DNA of 64,000 bases from an uncultured delta proteobacterium (GCA_963845145.1 CAWJQU010000004.1:224001-288000), one strand, 5' to 3'. Positions 1 to 9,870 are shown, counted from the first letter of the stretch. The notes: generated by a model not told the origin, from the sequence alone. Translations and numbers: made by a program.

Positions 1-130
1 TCCATTCTAAAAAATTATTTTTTATCGGCTTGACTTTTCATTAAAAAATTTTCACTTTACTTAAACCATAATCAGTCAAATACTTTAAAATTGATAGCTA
101 ATGACACCGAGGTTCTCTTAAAGAAAGGAC

Positions 131-1321
131 GTGATGACCATGCCGGAAGAATGTAAACCGACCATCGATACGGGTTTAAGAGGAATTGTTGTTGCCAGCA
201 CCAATATCAGCAAGGTGGATGGCGCTGCGGGGAAATTAATATATCGCGGCTTTCTGGTCAAAGATTTAGCGGAAAAAACGAGCTATGAGGAGGTCGTTTT
301 CCTGCTCTTGTATGAAAAACTCCCCGATCGGGAAGAGTTGGCAGCGTTCAAGGTGCATCTGGCATCCGAGCGTCACCTGCCGGAGCGGGTGATTAACGCA
401 TTAAAAGGGTTTGACCCCGAGGCGTTACCCATGGACGTACTTCAGGCGGGCGTGGCCATGCTGGCCCAGGGTGATCCCGAAATATCGGAAAATAATCGTG
501 AGGCGTATCTGAATATGGCCATTCGACTGGTGGCCCGTCTGGCTACCCTTTTGGCAGCGTGGCATCGCATACGAAAGGGCCTGGCCCCGATTGAGCCCAA
601 TGAAGACCTGGGACATGCGGAAAATTTTTTATATATGTTATCCGGCAAACCCCCTGAAGCGGATGTGGCCCACTTTTTGGATGTCTGTTTGGTTTTGCAT
701 GCTGAGCATTCGTTTAATGCATCCACATTTACGGCCCGCCAGATCGCCTCCACCCGGGCCCATATGTATGCGGCCATTGCTGGTGCGATCGGGTCGCTTT
801 CAGGCGAACTGCATGGCGGGGCCAATGTGCGGGTGATGGAAATGCTTAAAAAAATCGGCGCCGTGGATCAGGTGGCGGCTTATGTCGATAAGGAACTGGA
901 AGCCGGGCGGGTGATTTTTGGGCTGGGCCATGCCGTATACCAGGTGGATGATCCCCGGGCTCATATACTCGCCCCCATGTCTAAAATCATGGGGGACCGC
1001 ATCGGCCAGCCCCAATGGTTCGAAATCTCCAAAGCCTTGGAGCAAGCGGGGAAAACCGCCTTTAAAGCCCGTAAAGGGCTTGATATTTATGTTAATGTGG
1101 ATTTTTACAGTGCATCTTTATACTATGCTATGGGCATTGACATTGATCTATTTACACCGGTCTTTGCGATTTCCCGTATTGCCGGGTGGGCGGCCCATGT
1201 GGTTGAGGAACGTTTTGGTGAAGCAGCCGCAAAACCGGCGTTATATCGACCAAAATCGCTTTACACCGGCGATTACTGTGGTCCAGATGAATGCGTATTT
1301 GTGCCAGTGGATGAGCGGTAG
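131..1321 (+). CDS. Citrate synthase (citrate synthase II / 2-methylcitrate synthase family)
   Basis: Motifs LHAEHSFNASTF, ELHGGAN, GLGHAVY, DPRA, NVDFY and SRIAGWAAH. The true start may be ATG 134 or 140, after AAGGA. Confidence 0.93.
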   Translation: MMTMPEECKPTIDTGLRGIVVASTNISKVDGAAGKLIYRGFLVKDLAEKTSYEEVVFLLLYEKLPDREELAAFKVHLASERHLPERVINALKGFDPEALPMDVLQAGVAMLAQGDPEISENNREAYLNMAIRLVARLATLLAAWHRIRKGLAPIEPNEDLGHAENFLYMLSGKPPEADVAHFLDVCLVLHAEHSFNASTFTARQIASTRAHMYAAIAGAIGSLSGELHGGANVRVMEMLKKIGAVDQVAAYVDKELEAGRVIFGLGHAVYQVDDPRAHILAPMSKIMGDRIGQPQWFEISKALEQAGKTAFKARKGLDIYVNVDFYSASLYYAMGIDIDLFTPVFAISRIAGWAAHVVEERFGEAAAKPALYRPKSLYTGDYCGPDECVFVPVDER

Positions 1322-1327
1322 CCCTTT

Positions 1328-1795
1328 ATGGTGGATGTGCAATATTATCGAATGACCCGTCAACGCAAGGTCATTCTCCAGGTCCTGCAAAAAGATGTGA
1401 CGACCCATCCCAGTGCAGACGAGGTCTATGATATCGTCCGCCGCGATTTACCGCGTATCAGCCTGGGAACGGTTTACCGAAATCTGGAGATCCTCTGTGA
1501 GTTGGGGGAGATTCAAAAACTTGAATTTGGCGGGGCGCACAAACGGTTCGACGGAAACCCCCATGCCCATTATCATGTCCGGTGTGCCTTGTGTGATCGT
1601 GTGGATAATGTTGATTTAGATCCTGTTAAACAGATTGAGGCGGACATTAACAGCGCCACGGATTATAAAATCATCGGCCATCGGTTGGAATTCATCGGTT
1701 TGTGCCCGGATTGTGATGCCCACATGGTTTCACCCGGGCTCAAAAAAGCCTGGGCGTGGCGCATTGGCCGGGAAAAACCGGGAAAAAAGGATTGA
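1328..1795 (+). CDS. Fur-family transcriptional regulator, PerR-like
   Basis: HPSADEVY, SLGTVYRNL, RFD..HYHxxCxxC and a C-terminal CxxC. Sits next to a DVU0772-family gene and near the ROS-defence island. Confidence 0.88.
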   Translation: MVDVQYYRMTRQRKVILQVLQKDVTTHPSADEVYDIVRRDLPRISLGTVYRNLEILCELGEIQKLEFGGAHKRFDGNPHAHYHVRCALCDRVDNVDLDPVKQIEADINSATDYKIIGHRLEFIGLCPDCDAHMVSPGLKKAWAWRIGREKPGKKD

Positions 1796-1807
1796 CGCTT
1801 TCGTGAA

Positions 1808-2167
1808 TTACGTTGCGCTGACCTGTTTTTGCAACCAGCCGCGGACTTCCCCTTCCACAGCCCAAACGCCTTTGTTGTGGCCGACGGATTCGAGAAAAGG
1901 GTCGATCAGCTCAACAGGCATATCGATCTTGGCCAGTTCCACTGCTTCCTCCGAATTGCGACGGATTAGATAGATCACCGGGCTTCCATGCCAGTTATTG
2001 ACCACGAAATAATGGGCCACATCGTCTTTGGACCGAATGACATAGTTGCCTCCGGCCCAGTTGTTGCCCCACTCCAGGTAGAGGCGGACGGCTTCTTCCG
2101 GTGTCATATCCCAGTCGATGCAGTTGACCAGATCACTATCCTTGGCAATTTCCTCCAGGGTCAGCAT
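1808..2167 (-). CDS. DVU0772-family protein
   Basis: IDWDMTPEEAVRLYLEWGNNW signature recognised from memory; AGGAG RBS. The family is associated with the PerR regulon in Desulfovibrio. Confidence 0.75.
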   Translation of the reverse strand: MLTLEEIAKDSDLVNCIDWDMTPEEAVRLYLEWGNNWAGGNYVIRSKDDVAHYFVVNNWHGSPVIYLIRRNSEEAVELAKIDMPVELIDPFLESVGHNKGVWAVEGEVRGWLQKQVSAT

Positions 2168-2316
2168 TAATCACTCCTTAAATCTAGTATCGTTTACAAT
2201 GTCGCTACATCAGACAGCATTTTTCAGGGCCAGCGTCATTATTCGATTGCCTAAAAACCTGTTATGACGATAATCCTTTTTTACCCGGCGTCAATATGTC
2301 GCTATCCGAATATCCA

Positions 2317-5300
2317 TTAAGGGCCAATGGTTGATGGATCTATCTGATGGGGCGTGGTGGTGCCGGAACGGATGCTCCGGTTGATCTCTTCGAGAGTACT
2401 TGATATTTTGGTCCACAAGCGGGTGGGGGTTAAAAAGAGGCGTTTAAAATAGCCCAAAATAGCCTCATCAAGATTGTTGAAAGGGACATGCTTGACGATC
2501 ACCTGATTCGGCTGGCCTTTAATTTTAAAGTAATAGACGAGAATCGTTTTCTTTTTTCCAGTCAGGATGTGTCCGATAATGGGGATTTTACTAATGATTC
2601 GATCAATCGTGTTCAAAGCTTGAACGCCTACAAGAAAGTCCAGCTCTTTTTGTGGCAAATCGTAGCTGCCCCGTGCAGCGGCATTGAAAACAGGGCTTTT
2701 CATGAACAACCGCTCAGTGTTAAATTGCCCCTTTTCAATGGTTACATGCCCTTGAATGTTTTCGAAATAGAATCGGCTTTTTAGAATATCCGGGGGCCGT
2801 CTTAGAAAAATATTTTGAATACTTAAAAAATCTAATATTTTAACAATGACGTTTGATTTTTGGACGATGCCTTCGGTGACCTTTATATTCAACTTGCCGG
2901 CCAGGTTCTGAATTATTTCCGTTTTGTTGCGACCCCGCAGCGCCAGGCCGCCTTCCAGCGTCAGGGTCCCATTCATCCGTTCGGTGGATAGATGCAATCC
3001 CTGTAAAATGTCTGCCAGGGGCTGCTGGTCCAGTTTGAAATAGGTCAACAGGGAGAGTGTTTTATGGTGCCTTCCAGACAGTGATCCGGAGAGTTTGATC
3101 AGGCTGGACGGTGCGGTAAAGAGGGCATTTTCAATTCGTAATCGATCGTCTTGATACTGGAGCGCCGCCGAAAAATTTCCCAGATCGATGGTTTCCCATA
3201 TGACCTGATTGGCACGAACCGCCATGTTGATTTCGGCGTTGGCCAACAGTCCCGATAGTGGGGCTTGGCCCCCGGTTGAGGCGTTTCGCAGCTGGTCGAT
3301 CAAATGGGGTAGATCTATACAGTCCAAGTCCAGATCGAGCCGGCCGCGCCAGCGGTCCCATCCGGTAAGCCGACCCTTGAGACTGCCTTTGTATTGGCCA
3401 ACAGGGAAGATGAAATTTACAATATCGATTTCGCGACCCTTGAAACGAAGATCCGCCTGGTAGGGTAGCGAGCCGGCTGGCTCTCCAAACAGAACGCCAT
3501 CAAGGGTCAACGCACCGTTTACTTCGGTTTTACCCAGGCTTGAGGGTATCTCAGATTTTATGTGACCGGTCAATTTTCCTTCGATCTGTCTTTTACCGGC
3601 AGTACCACCGGTCATTCGAAAACCCATGTCGATCAAATCCAAGGGGTCGGCCGTCATCTCAATGCTAAGCGGGCTGCCGGATTTCACCCCGCGAGCACCT
3701 TTTAGCGTAAAGCGGGAGGTCTTGCCCAAAAACCGACACGAATTCAAGACCCATTGCCCGGGTGAATAGCCCATATCAAAGATCAGTCTATTGCCCGAAT
3801 TGGGCGGGGCAATGACCAGGGTGGGAAGGGTGATGACCTGGGAATCCAGATCGGCTTCGCCGGTAAAGGACCACCGGTCGGCGGTTTTTTGAATTTGAAT
3901 CCGCCCGGGCAGGGGCTGGTTCAGACGGATACGTGACCGGTTTTGGGGATGGTAGTGGTCTATGAGTTCATTGATGTCCGCCTTTGTGGCGAGGGTGACT
4001 TGCATGGATTTTTGCTGTAGATCGGCGGTTCCTTCGGCGTTAAACGAAGAGCGGCCCCAGGCACCGGTGGCACTAAACCCGCTGTTTCCGGCAGTGCCGA
4101 AGGCCATTTTTCCGACACGAATGTCGAGTGGGAGTTTTATGGCCGTATGGGTCATCCTTGCGCCATCCGTTGTCAGTGACCCTGTCAGGCGTATGGTATT
4201 TTTGAGGGTCTTTCGATCAAGGGCAACATCGGCGCCCATTCGTCCTTCGATGGTTTTAATTCCGGTCAGAGGTTTTCGCCACCCGACGGGAAGGATGGCC
4301 AATTGCCTGAGGGTGAGCAGATCAGACAAATCGATATCGGCATCGATGTCCAGGTTGAGAAGCGGTCGTCGAACCGGACCGTCCGCTCTCCACAAAGCGC
4401 CCGTTGTGCCGGAAACGTTAATATCCGAGTCCCCCCAGCGGCCCGTTGCATCAACTTGAACGGCTCCCTTTTCACTAAAAAGCAATCGACCGTTGAGAAG
4501 ATCTATTGGAAGGGAAAGGGTCGTATGATGGATTCGGCTGTTTTTAAAGGCCATCATGCCCGTTAAAACCGGCAACTGTTTTTTGCCCGGAAAGGAGAGG
4601 GCGATATCGGCCGTCATCGGCCCGCCTGCCGATTTTATCCGGTCGATTTCACGTCGAATGACAGCTGGCAGGATCGGCTGTACACCCTGACGTTTTAAGT
4701 CTCCAAGGTCAAAATCACCTCGAATGCCCAGGGTATACCGGCGGGATTGATTGTACAGGCTTGGCCAAAACAGCGTTCCCTCGGTCAGGGCCGATCTCCC
4801 AAAATAGCCCTTGACGCCATTGACCAGCAGTTGGCCCTGGTGAATAACCACTTCTCCGTTCACATCGGTGACCGCGAGATCCGGATTATTAGTGAAGGCG
4901 TTCATTTTGTCCAGGGTCAACCGCATTTCGAAAACATCGGCATTTTCGGGATGTTTTATTTTTTTCATGTTGTCGATTGATCCGTTTAGCCTTAATCGAT
5001 CTAAGCGCGCGGTCCCTCCGGAAAACAGCGGGAACAGTTTGGCCTCAATCCATGGGGGTACGAGTGGGGTCGGAAAAATCTTTTTAAAGACGGGTAGGGG
5101 CAAGGGTTTACTGTTAATGTCCAGGTCCAAACCGATGTTTGACGGGTTTTGCCAATTTAGTAGCAGTTGCACGCCAACTTCCGCTTCCGGGGTCCGGATC
5201 ATCATCTTTTCAATACGGCCATCGCCCAGACCCAAATCGCCGTCAAAATCGATTTTGGCTTGGGATAGAACGTAATGCTTGGATCGCCCATTTCGATTAA

Positions 5301-6177
5301 CGGCAAAACGCAGCGCGTCACCCGAAACGTTGCCCGTTATGTCCAATCGATTTTTATCCGGACCGGTAATGTGAAAATTGCCGGATGCCAGGCCTGCACC
5401 AAATTGAACCTGTTTTGGCCAGGGAAAATGGGCCAGGGGCACATCTCTCACTTGCACGTCAAATACGACAGCCGGTCTTTCGCTGACGCCCGAAGGGTGA
5501 CTGACATCTCCGATCAATTGGAACGGCGCGATTGCATCGCCGGCGATAATATGCCCGATTATTTGAACCCGTCGTTGCCGGGGGTCATCAGCGGGGGGCT
5601 GAATGTGGACATTCAGATTTTTTAACGCGTATTTACTATTCGTGTTGATGATGGTGATATTGTTAAGTTCAACCCGGCGGGAATCGAAAAGCAGGGGTTG
5701 GATTCGGGATTGAAATTTGGATAGACGGTCGGGCGGAAACGCACCGTTCTCCTTTTGGTTCGTTCTGAATTCGAAACGGCCATCTTGAATGATGACCTTT
5801 TCTGGGAAAAACCGGCCGTTCAGGAGAGTGTTGTATTGAAATCCGAGTTCAATTTGAGCGGCTTCGAACCTATGCGAGGTCTGTTTTGAACGGGCAACAA
5901 GGTTTTTCACCTGAATTTCCAATCCATCCCGGTAATGGATTCGAATTTTTCCGGTTTCGACGTTGTAGGGACTTGCCTGCGATAACCGTTGAATCAGGTA
6001 TCTTTGAAAACCAGGGTAGTTAAGGAGAATTTGAAGGAAAATCGCGGTGGCGCCGAAAATTAAACCTACCACGAGAATCAAAAAGAAATATTTTCGTATT
6101 TTCTTTTTCGGCAAAGGGTCTGCCTGTTCATCTTGGTCGGTATTATTTTGAAGCGGCTGGTCGGTTTGGCCATCCAT
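2317..6177 (-). CDS. AsmA-like / YhdP-like large periplasmic protein (candidate bridge-type lipid transfer protein)
   Basis: About 1290 aa with one N-terminal TM helix, a beta-rich body and an AsmA_2-like C-terminus (IISKIPIIGHIL). Start uncertain (6177-6261). Confidence 0.75.
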   Translation of the reverse strand: MDGQTDQPLQNNTDQDEQADPLPKKKIRKYFFLILVVGLIFGATAIFLQILLNYPGFQRYLIQRLSQASPYNVETGKIRIHYRDGLEIQVKNLVARSKQTSHRFEAAQIELGFQYNTLLNGRFFPEKVIIQDGRFEFRTNQKENGAFPPDRLSKFQSRIQPLLFDSRRVELNNITIINTNSKYALKNLNVHIQPPADDPRQRRVQIIGHIIAGDAIAPFQLIGDVSHPSGVSERPAVVFDVQVRDVPLAHFPWPKQVQFGAGLASGNFHITGPDKNRLDITGNVSGDALRFAVNRNGRSKHYVLSQAKIDFDGDLGLGDGRIEKMMIRTPEAEVGVQLLLNWQNPSNIGLDLDINSKPLPLPVFKKIFPTPLVPPWIEAKLFPLFSGGTARLDRLRLNGSIDNMKKIKHPENADVFEMRLTLDKMNAFTNNPDLAVTDVNGEVVIHQGQLLVNGVKGYFGRSALTEGTLFWPSLYNQSRRYTLGIRGDFDLGDLKRQGVQPILPAVIRREIDRIKSAGGPMTADIALSFPGKKQLPVLTGMMAFKNSRIHHTTLSLPIDLLNGRLLFSEKGAVQVDATGRWGDSDINVSGTTGALWRADGPVRRPLLNLDIDADIDLSDLLTLRQLAILPVGWRKPLTGIKTIEGRMGADVALDRKTLKNTIRLTGSLTTDGARMTHTAIKLPLDIRVGKMAFGTAGNSGFSATGAWGRSSFNAEGTADLQQKSMQVTLATKADINELIDHYHPQNRSRIRLNQPLPGRIQIQKTADRWSFTGEADLDSQVITLPTLVIAPPNSGNRLIFDMGYSPGQWVLNSCRFLGKTSRFTLKGARGVKSGSPLSIEMTADPLDLIDMGFRMTGGTAGKRQIEGKLTGHIKSEIPSSLGKTEVNGALTLDGVLFGEPAGSLPYQADLRFKGREIDIVNFIFPVGQYKGSLKGRLTGWDRWRGRLDLDLDCIDLPHLIDQLRNASTGGQAPLSGLLANAEINMAVRANQVIWETIDLGNFSAALQYQDDRLRIENALFTAPSSLIKLSGSLSGRHHKTLSLLTYFKLDQQPLADILQGLHLSTERMNGTLTLEGGLALRGRNKTEIIQNLAGKLNIKVTEGIVQKSNVIVKILDFLSIQNIFLRRPPDILKSRFYFENIQGHVTIEKGQFNTERLFMKSPVFNAAARGSYDLPQKELDFLVGVQALNTIDRIISKIPIIGHILTGKKKTILVYYFKIKGQPNQVIVKHVPFNNLDEAILGYFKRLFLTPTRLWTKISSTLEEINRSIRSGTTTPHQIDPSTIGP

Positions 6178-6477
6178 TGCAATACCCATCGAAGGTCTCT
6201 TGAATAACGAAGGTCTGTCGCCTAAAGGATATCGTAATTGGCAGGGGCGATCAATGGACAATTGGTCAAATAGCTACCCGGTATATTTTCCCCTGCCAAA
6301 AATCAAAAAGGCGTCAAATCGCGGCCAGCAATTCTCGATGAGTTGTTTGACCTTCCGGTCTCGATGGGATACAAATCGGGGTCAGACAATAAGATTCTTA
6401 CAAATGGATCGTTCAATCTCCGAAAGCTTTGAAATTCTTCACTTTACCGGAAATTCCTTTGTTCATAATTTCGATGA

Positions 6478-7860
6478 TTGACTTCGATCACCGATGAAAC
6501 GACGTTCTTCGACAGGGGCAGCCCATTGAGCATCGAACAATTCATATCAAGCCGGAAAACCCTGGAAAGGGTTCTGGACAATCTTAAAGAAGGGATCATT
6601 GCCCACGACCTGGATCGGCGCATCCTCTATTTTAACAAAGAGGCGGAACGGGTCACCGGGTATACCCGTGAAGAGGTTCTGGGCAGGGATTGCCATGATG
6701 TTTTTCAGGGGCCTTTTTGCGGTGATCGCTGTGGTTTTCTGTACCAAAACCCCACGCTTGACGACCGAAATGAGTTTAACTTCGATATTACGTCCAAAAC
6801 CGGTGAAATCCGGACATTGGATATGAGCGTTGCGTGCATGGCGGATGACCATGGCGCGTTTTTTGGCGTATTGACCTCTTTTCAGGACATAACCGACCTG
6901 GCGGACCTACGCACCAAATCGTGCCGGCTCTCAGGATTTTCCGATATCATCGGAAACCATGCGAAGATGTTGCAGGTATTTCAACAGATACAGAATGTGG
7001 CCGGGTACGATTACCCAGTCAACATTTTCGGGGAAACCGGTACGGGGAAAGAACTTGTCGCCTCGGCCATCCATCAGGAAAGCCGGCGCCATAATCAACC
7101 GTTTGTCCCCATCAATTGCGGGGCTATTCCCGAAGGGCTTATTGAAAGTGAGCTGTTCGGATATGTCAAAGGGGCGTTTACCGGGGCCATCAAAGACAAA
7201 AAGGGGCGTTTTGAATTGGCCGACGGCGGGACGCTCTTTTTGGATGAGGTGTCTGAGCTGCCTAGACCTATGCAAGTCAAGTTGTTGAGATTTTTACAGG
7301 AGGGAACCATTGAGAAGGTGGGCGCGGAAGAAACAGTCACCGTGGATGTGAGAGTGATCAGCGCTACCAATATGGATCTCAAAGAAGCCGTCCGGCGAAA
7401 ATCATTTCGGGAAGATTTATATTACCGGCTTAACGTGATACCGATTCACATACCGCCACTGAGGGAACGTAAAACCGATATTCCCCTTTTGATTGAGTAT
7501 TTTCTAAAAGAAGACGACCAGGTGGGTGCAAAAGGCAGGCCCCGGATTTCCCGGGACGCTTTGGCCTGTATGATGGATTATGACTGGCCTGGAAATGTTC
7601 GTGAGCTTCAAAGTGCTGTCCAGTTCGGCATCGTTAAATGCAACGATACGGAGATTCGTCTTCATGACCTTCCCCTTGAGCTTAAAAATAGCCGCCTGCC
7701 GGCACCTCGACGGGGCCCGGCGCAAAAGCTCGACGCATCCCAGGTGCGCCATGCGCTCATGCAGGTTGCCGGAAATAAATCCAAGGCCGCTTCGATGCTT
7801 GGTGTCGGCCGGGCCACGCTTTATCGGTTTTTAAACCAACATCCGGAAATCCACTTTTAG
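6478..7860 (+). CDS. PAS-domain sigma-54-dependent transcriptional activator (bEBP) with CX8CX3C motif
   Basis: PAS domain, Walker A GETGTGKE, GAFTGA, LFLDE, WPGNVREL and a Fis-type HTH. The PAS domain contains CHDVFQGPFCGDRC. TTG start is uncertain. Confidence 0.93.
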   Translation: MTSITDETTFFDRGSPLSIEQFISSRKTLERVLDNLKEGIIAHDLDRRILYFNKEAERVTGYTREEVLGRDCHDVFQGPFCGDRCGFLYQNPTLDDRNEFNFDITSKTGEIRTLDMSVACMADDHGAFFGVLTSFQDITDLADLRTKSCRLSGFSDIIGNHAKMLQVFQQIQNVAGYDYPVNIFGETGTGKELVASAIHQESRRHNQPFVPINCGAIPEGLIESELFGYVKGAFTGAIKDKKGRFELADGGTLFLDEVSELPRPMQVKLLRFLQEGTIEKVGAEETVTVDVRVISATNMDLKEAVRRKSFREDLYYRLNVIPIHIPPLRERKTDIPLLIEYFLKEDDQVGAKGRPRISRDALACMMDYDWPGNVRELQSAVQFGIVKCNDTEIRLHDLPLELKNSRLPAPRRGPAQKLDASQVRHALMQVAGNKSKAASMLGVGRATLYRFLNQHPEIHF

Positions 7861-7878
7861 GATTTCGTATTGGTGGAT

Positions 7879-8021
7879 TGTATCACTCCCGACTTTTTTA
7901 CTCAAAGTGTCTCATGAGACAAAAGTGTTTCATTTTATCTTGGAACACGGGTTCATTTTATGATCTCAAATAGTTATTGAGTGTTTCAAGTCAAAAATCA
8001 CGATAGTGTCTCAGTGATACA
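7879..8021. promoter_or_regulatory. Candidate bEBP enhancer array of TGTNTCA half-sites
   Basis: Perfect palindrome TGTCTCATGAGACA (7908-7921), TGTCTCA-G-TGATACA (8007-8021), and half-sites at 7879, 7926 and 7982. All lie about 165-310 bp upstream of the -24/-12 site. Confidence 0.6.
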
Positions 8022-8185
8022 GGTGGCTTGTCAGGAAAATCTCGAACGAAATTATATTAGCCCGCTCGCCTTTTGTGAAAGATGCACGTGTTTATAATGA
8101 TATTTATTTAATGATATTATGTTGTTAAAAAATTATTGGCTATCTCGTGGAATTTTATTTCGAATGAACCATATTATTTTTGAAC

Positions 8186-8201
8186 TGGCACGAGAATTGT
8201 A
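8186..8201 (+). promoter_or_regulatory. Sigma-54 (-24/-12) promoter
   Basis: TGGCACGAGAATTGTA against the consensus TGGCACGNNNNTTGCW (one mismatch, at the -12 C). Upstream of the island and downstream of the bEBP gene. Confidence 0.7.
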
Positions 8202-8314
8202 TGTTGTCTCACTGGTATGAAACATGTATGATGCGTATTTAACGTAAAGCCCAATGTCCGACGTCGGTACAGATCGAATTGTCTTAACAATAACAATATT
8301 GAAACCCATTTGCC

Positions 8315-8551
8315 GTGCAACCCTGTGACCCATTGAAATCTTGTGACCAAAATATAAAAGCGACATTTCGGCTGGTTGAGCAGATGATCGCCCTGGCCAA
8401 TCAGGGCGATACCGATCGTGAAGATGCCGGCTGTGGTGTTCTTTACGGTGTATTGAGGGATGCAGCCTATCGGGTCAGAAAACTGGCTGAACAGGAAAAG
8501 CGATCCCATATTCGCAAAGGGTGGTGGAAGGAAGATTCCCACTCACACTAA
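8315..8551 (+). CDS. Small helical hypothetical protein, first gene of the island
   Basis: 78-aa ORF containing GDTDREDAGCGVLYGVLRD, ending 28 bp before rubrerythrin. Start uncertain. Confidence 0.65.
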   Translation: MQPCDPLKSCDQNIKATFRLVEQMIALANQGDTDREDAGCGVLYGVLRDAAYRVRKLAEQEKRSHIRKGWWKEDSHSH

Positions 8552-8579
8552 TATTAACCTATCTTACAAGGAGGAACCT

Positions 8580-9155
8580 ATGGGCAGTTTAAAAGGAAGT
8601 CAAACCGAAATAAATCTATTAACCGCGTTTGCCGGCGAGTCTCAAGCACGGAACCGTTACACCTATTTTTCGAAAAAAGCGCGCAAAGATGGTCTTGTTC
8701 AAATCGCTGATATTTTTGAAGAAACCGCCAACCAAGAAAAAGAGCACGCCAAACGGTTTTTTAAATTTCTTGAAGGTGGTGAAGTTGAGATTGTCGGCGC
8801 ATTTCCGGCCGGTGTCGTCGGTGACACGGTAGACAATTTAAAAGCTGCGGCCGCCGGGGAAAATGCCGAATGGACCGGCATCTACCCTGGTTTTGCTAAA
8901 GTCGCCAGAGATGAAGGTCAAGAAGCCGTGGGCATGGTATTTGACGCTATTTCTGTGGCTGAAAAGCAACATGAAAAACGATACCTGGATTTGGTGGGTA
9001 ATCTGATGGCCGACAAGGTGTTTAAGCGTGAAGAGAGCGTGGTATGGCGTTGTCGTAACTGTGGCTATCTGCATGAAGGTAACGAGGCTCCTGAGATGTG
9101 TCCGGCCTGCGCCCATCCCCAGGCCCACTTTGAGCTTCTTGGAGAAAACTGGTAA
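8580..9155 (+). CDS. rbr: Rubrerythrin
   Basis: AFAGESQA, EKEHA and EKQHE diiron motifs; C-terminal WRCRNCG..CPACAH. GGAGG RBS before ATG 8580. Confidence 0.96.
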   Translation: MGSLKGSQTEINLLTAFAGESQARNRYTYFSKKARKDGLVQIADIFEETANQEKEHAKRFFKFLEGGEVEIVGAFPAGVVGDTVDNLKAAAAGENAEWTGIYPGFAKVARDEGQEAVGMVFDAISVAEKQHEKRYLDLVGNLMADKVFKREESVVWRCRNCGYLHEGNEAPEMCPACAHPQAHFELLGENW

Positions 9156-9192
9156 AAATTAAATTCACGCCCAATGAGAAGAGGAGAGAACC

Positions 9193-9567
9193 ATGGCTGA
9201 GAGGTTTGAGATTTATAAATGTGATTTATGTGGCAATATCGTTTCCGTACTGCATGGTGGCGCTGGTGAACTGGTCTGCTGTGGCCAGGCCATGACCAAG
9301 GTGACTGAAAATACGGTAGATGCCGCCAAAGAAAAACATGTACCTGTTATCGAAAAAGGCGATGGTACGGTCACCGTGAAGGTTGGCGATGTGGCCCACC
9401 CCATGGAAGATAAACACTATATTGAATGGATCGAAGTGATTGCCGACGGGAAATCCTATTACCAGTTTCTCAATCCCGGCGATACACCCGCAGCAACGTT
9501 TAATATTTCCGCGGGTGAGGTTACTGCCCGGGCTTATTGCAATCTACATGGGTTGTGGAAAGCCTAA
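9193..9567 (+). CDS. dfx: Desulfoferrodoxin (2Fe superoxide reductase)
   Basis: [27 protein letters not shown] and YCNLHGLW motifs. Confidence 0.96.
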   Translation: MAERFEIYKCDLCGNIVSVLHGGAGELVCCGQAMTKVTENTVDAAKEKHVPVIEKGDGTVTVKVGDVAHPMEDKHYIEWIEVIADGKSYYQFLNPGDTPAATFNISAGEVTARAYCNLHGLWKA

Positions 9568-9708
9568 CGATTTCAGCCTGAGATGCCCTGCGATTTTTAA
9601 TTGATCGATAGAGCCGGTCAGATATAGAATTTAGATGCAAAGGGCAGGTTGGTTGATAAATTATAAGCGTTATTGGATTCCTGAGACGCGATGGCAAGGA
9701 GGTTTCCC

Positions 9709-9870
9709 ATGCCGAACTGGAAGTGTGGAAAATGCGGTTATGAACTGACGGAAAATGCACCACCGGAGACATGTCCGTCGTGTAAAGAAAAATGTGAATT
9801 TCTGGATACGACCTGTTATACGCCGGATTGTGAGTTCGACGGGGCGGATCACCGAATCAAACCCAGATGA
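9709..9870 (+). CDS. Small rubredoxin-like protein, 53 aa (not in the ORF track)
   Basis: AGGAGG RBS. Translates MPNWKCGKCGYELTENAPPETCPSCKEKCEFLDTTCYTPDCEFDGADHRIKPR: two CxxC pairs plus three further Cys. Confidence 0.85.
   Translation: MPNWKCGKCGYELTENAPPETCPSCKEKCEFLDTTCYTPDCEFDGADHRIKPR

Noticed and set aside
8073..8090. TTGTGAAAGATGCAC as a Rex or CRP/HcpR site
   Set aside because: Spacing and right half-site do not fit either consensus.
8093..8125. AT-rich ATAATGATATTT repeats as a Fur/PerR box or IHF site
   Set aside because: Only partial matches in very AT-rich DNA; cannot be told from background by eye.
8460..8579. N-terminal extensions given by the ORF track (rubrerythrin; likewise FprA from 14986, Zur from 39920, PriA from 47021)
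   Set aside because: Family homology starts at downstream ATGs, with clear RBSs for rubrerythrin and FprA, and some extensions overlap neighbouring genes.
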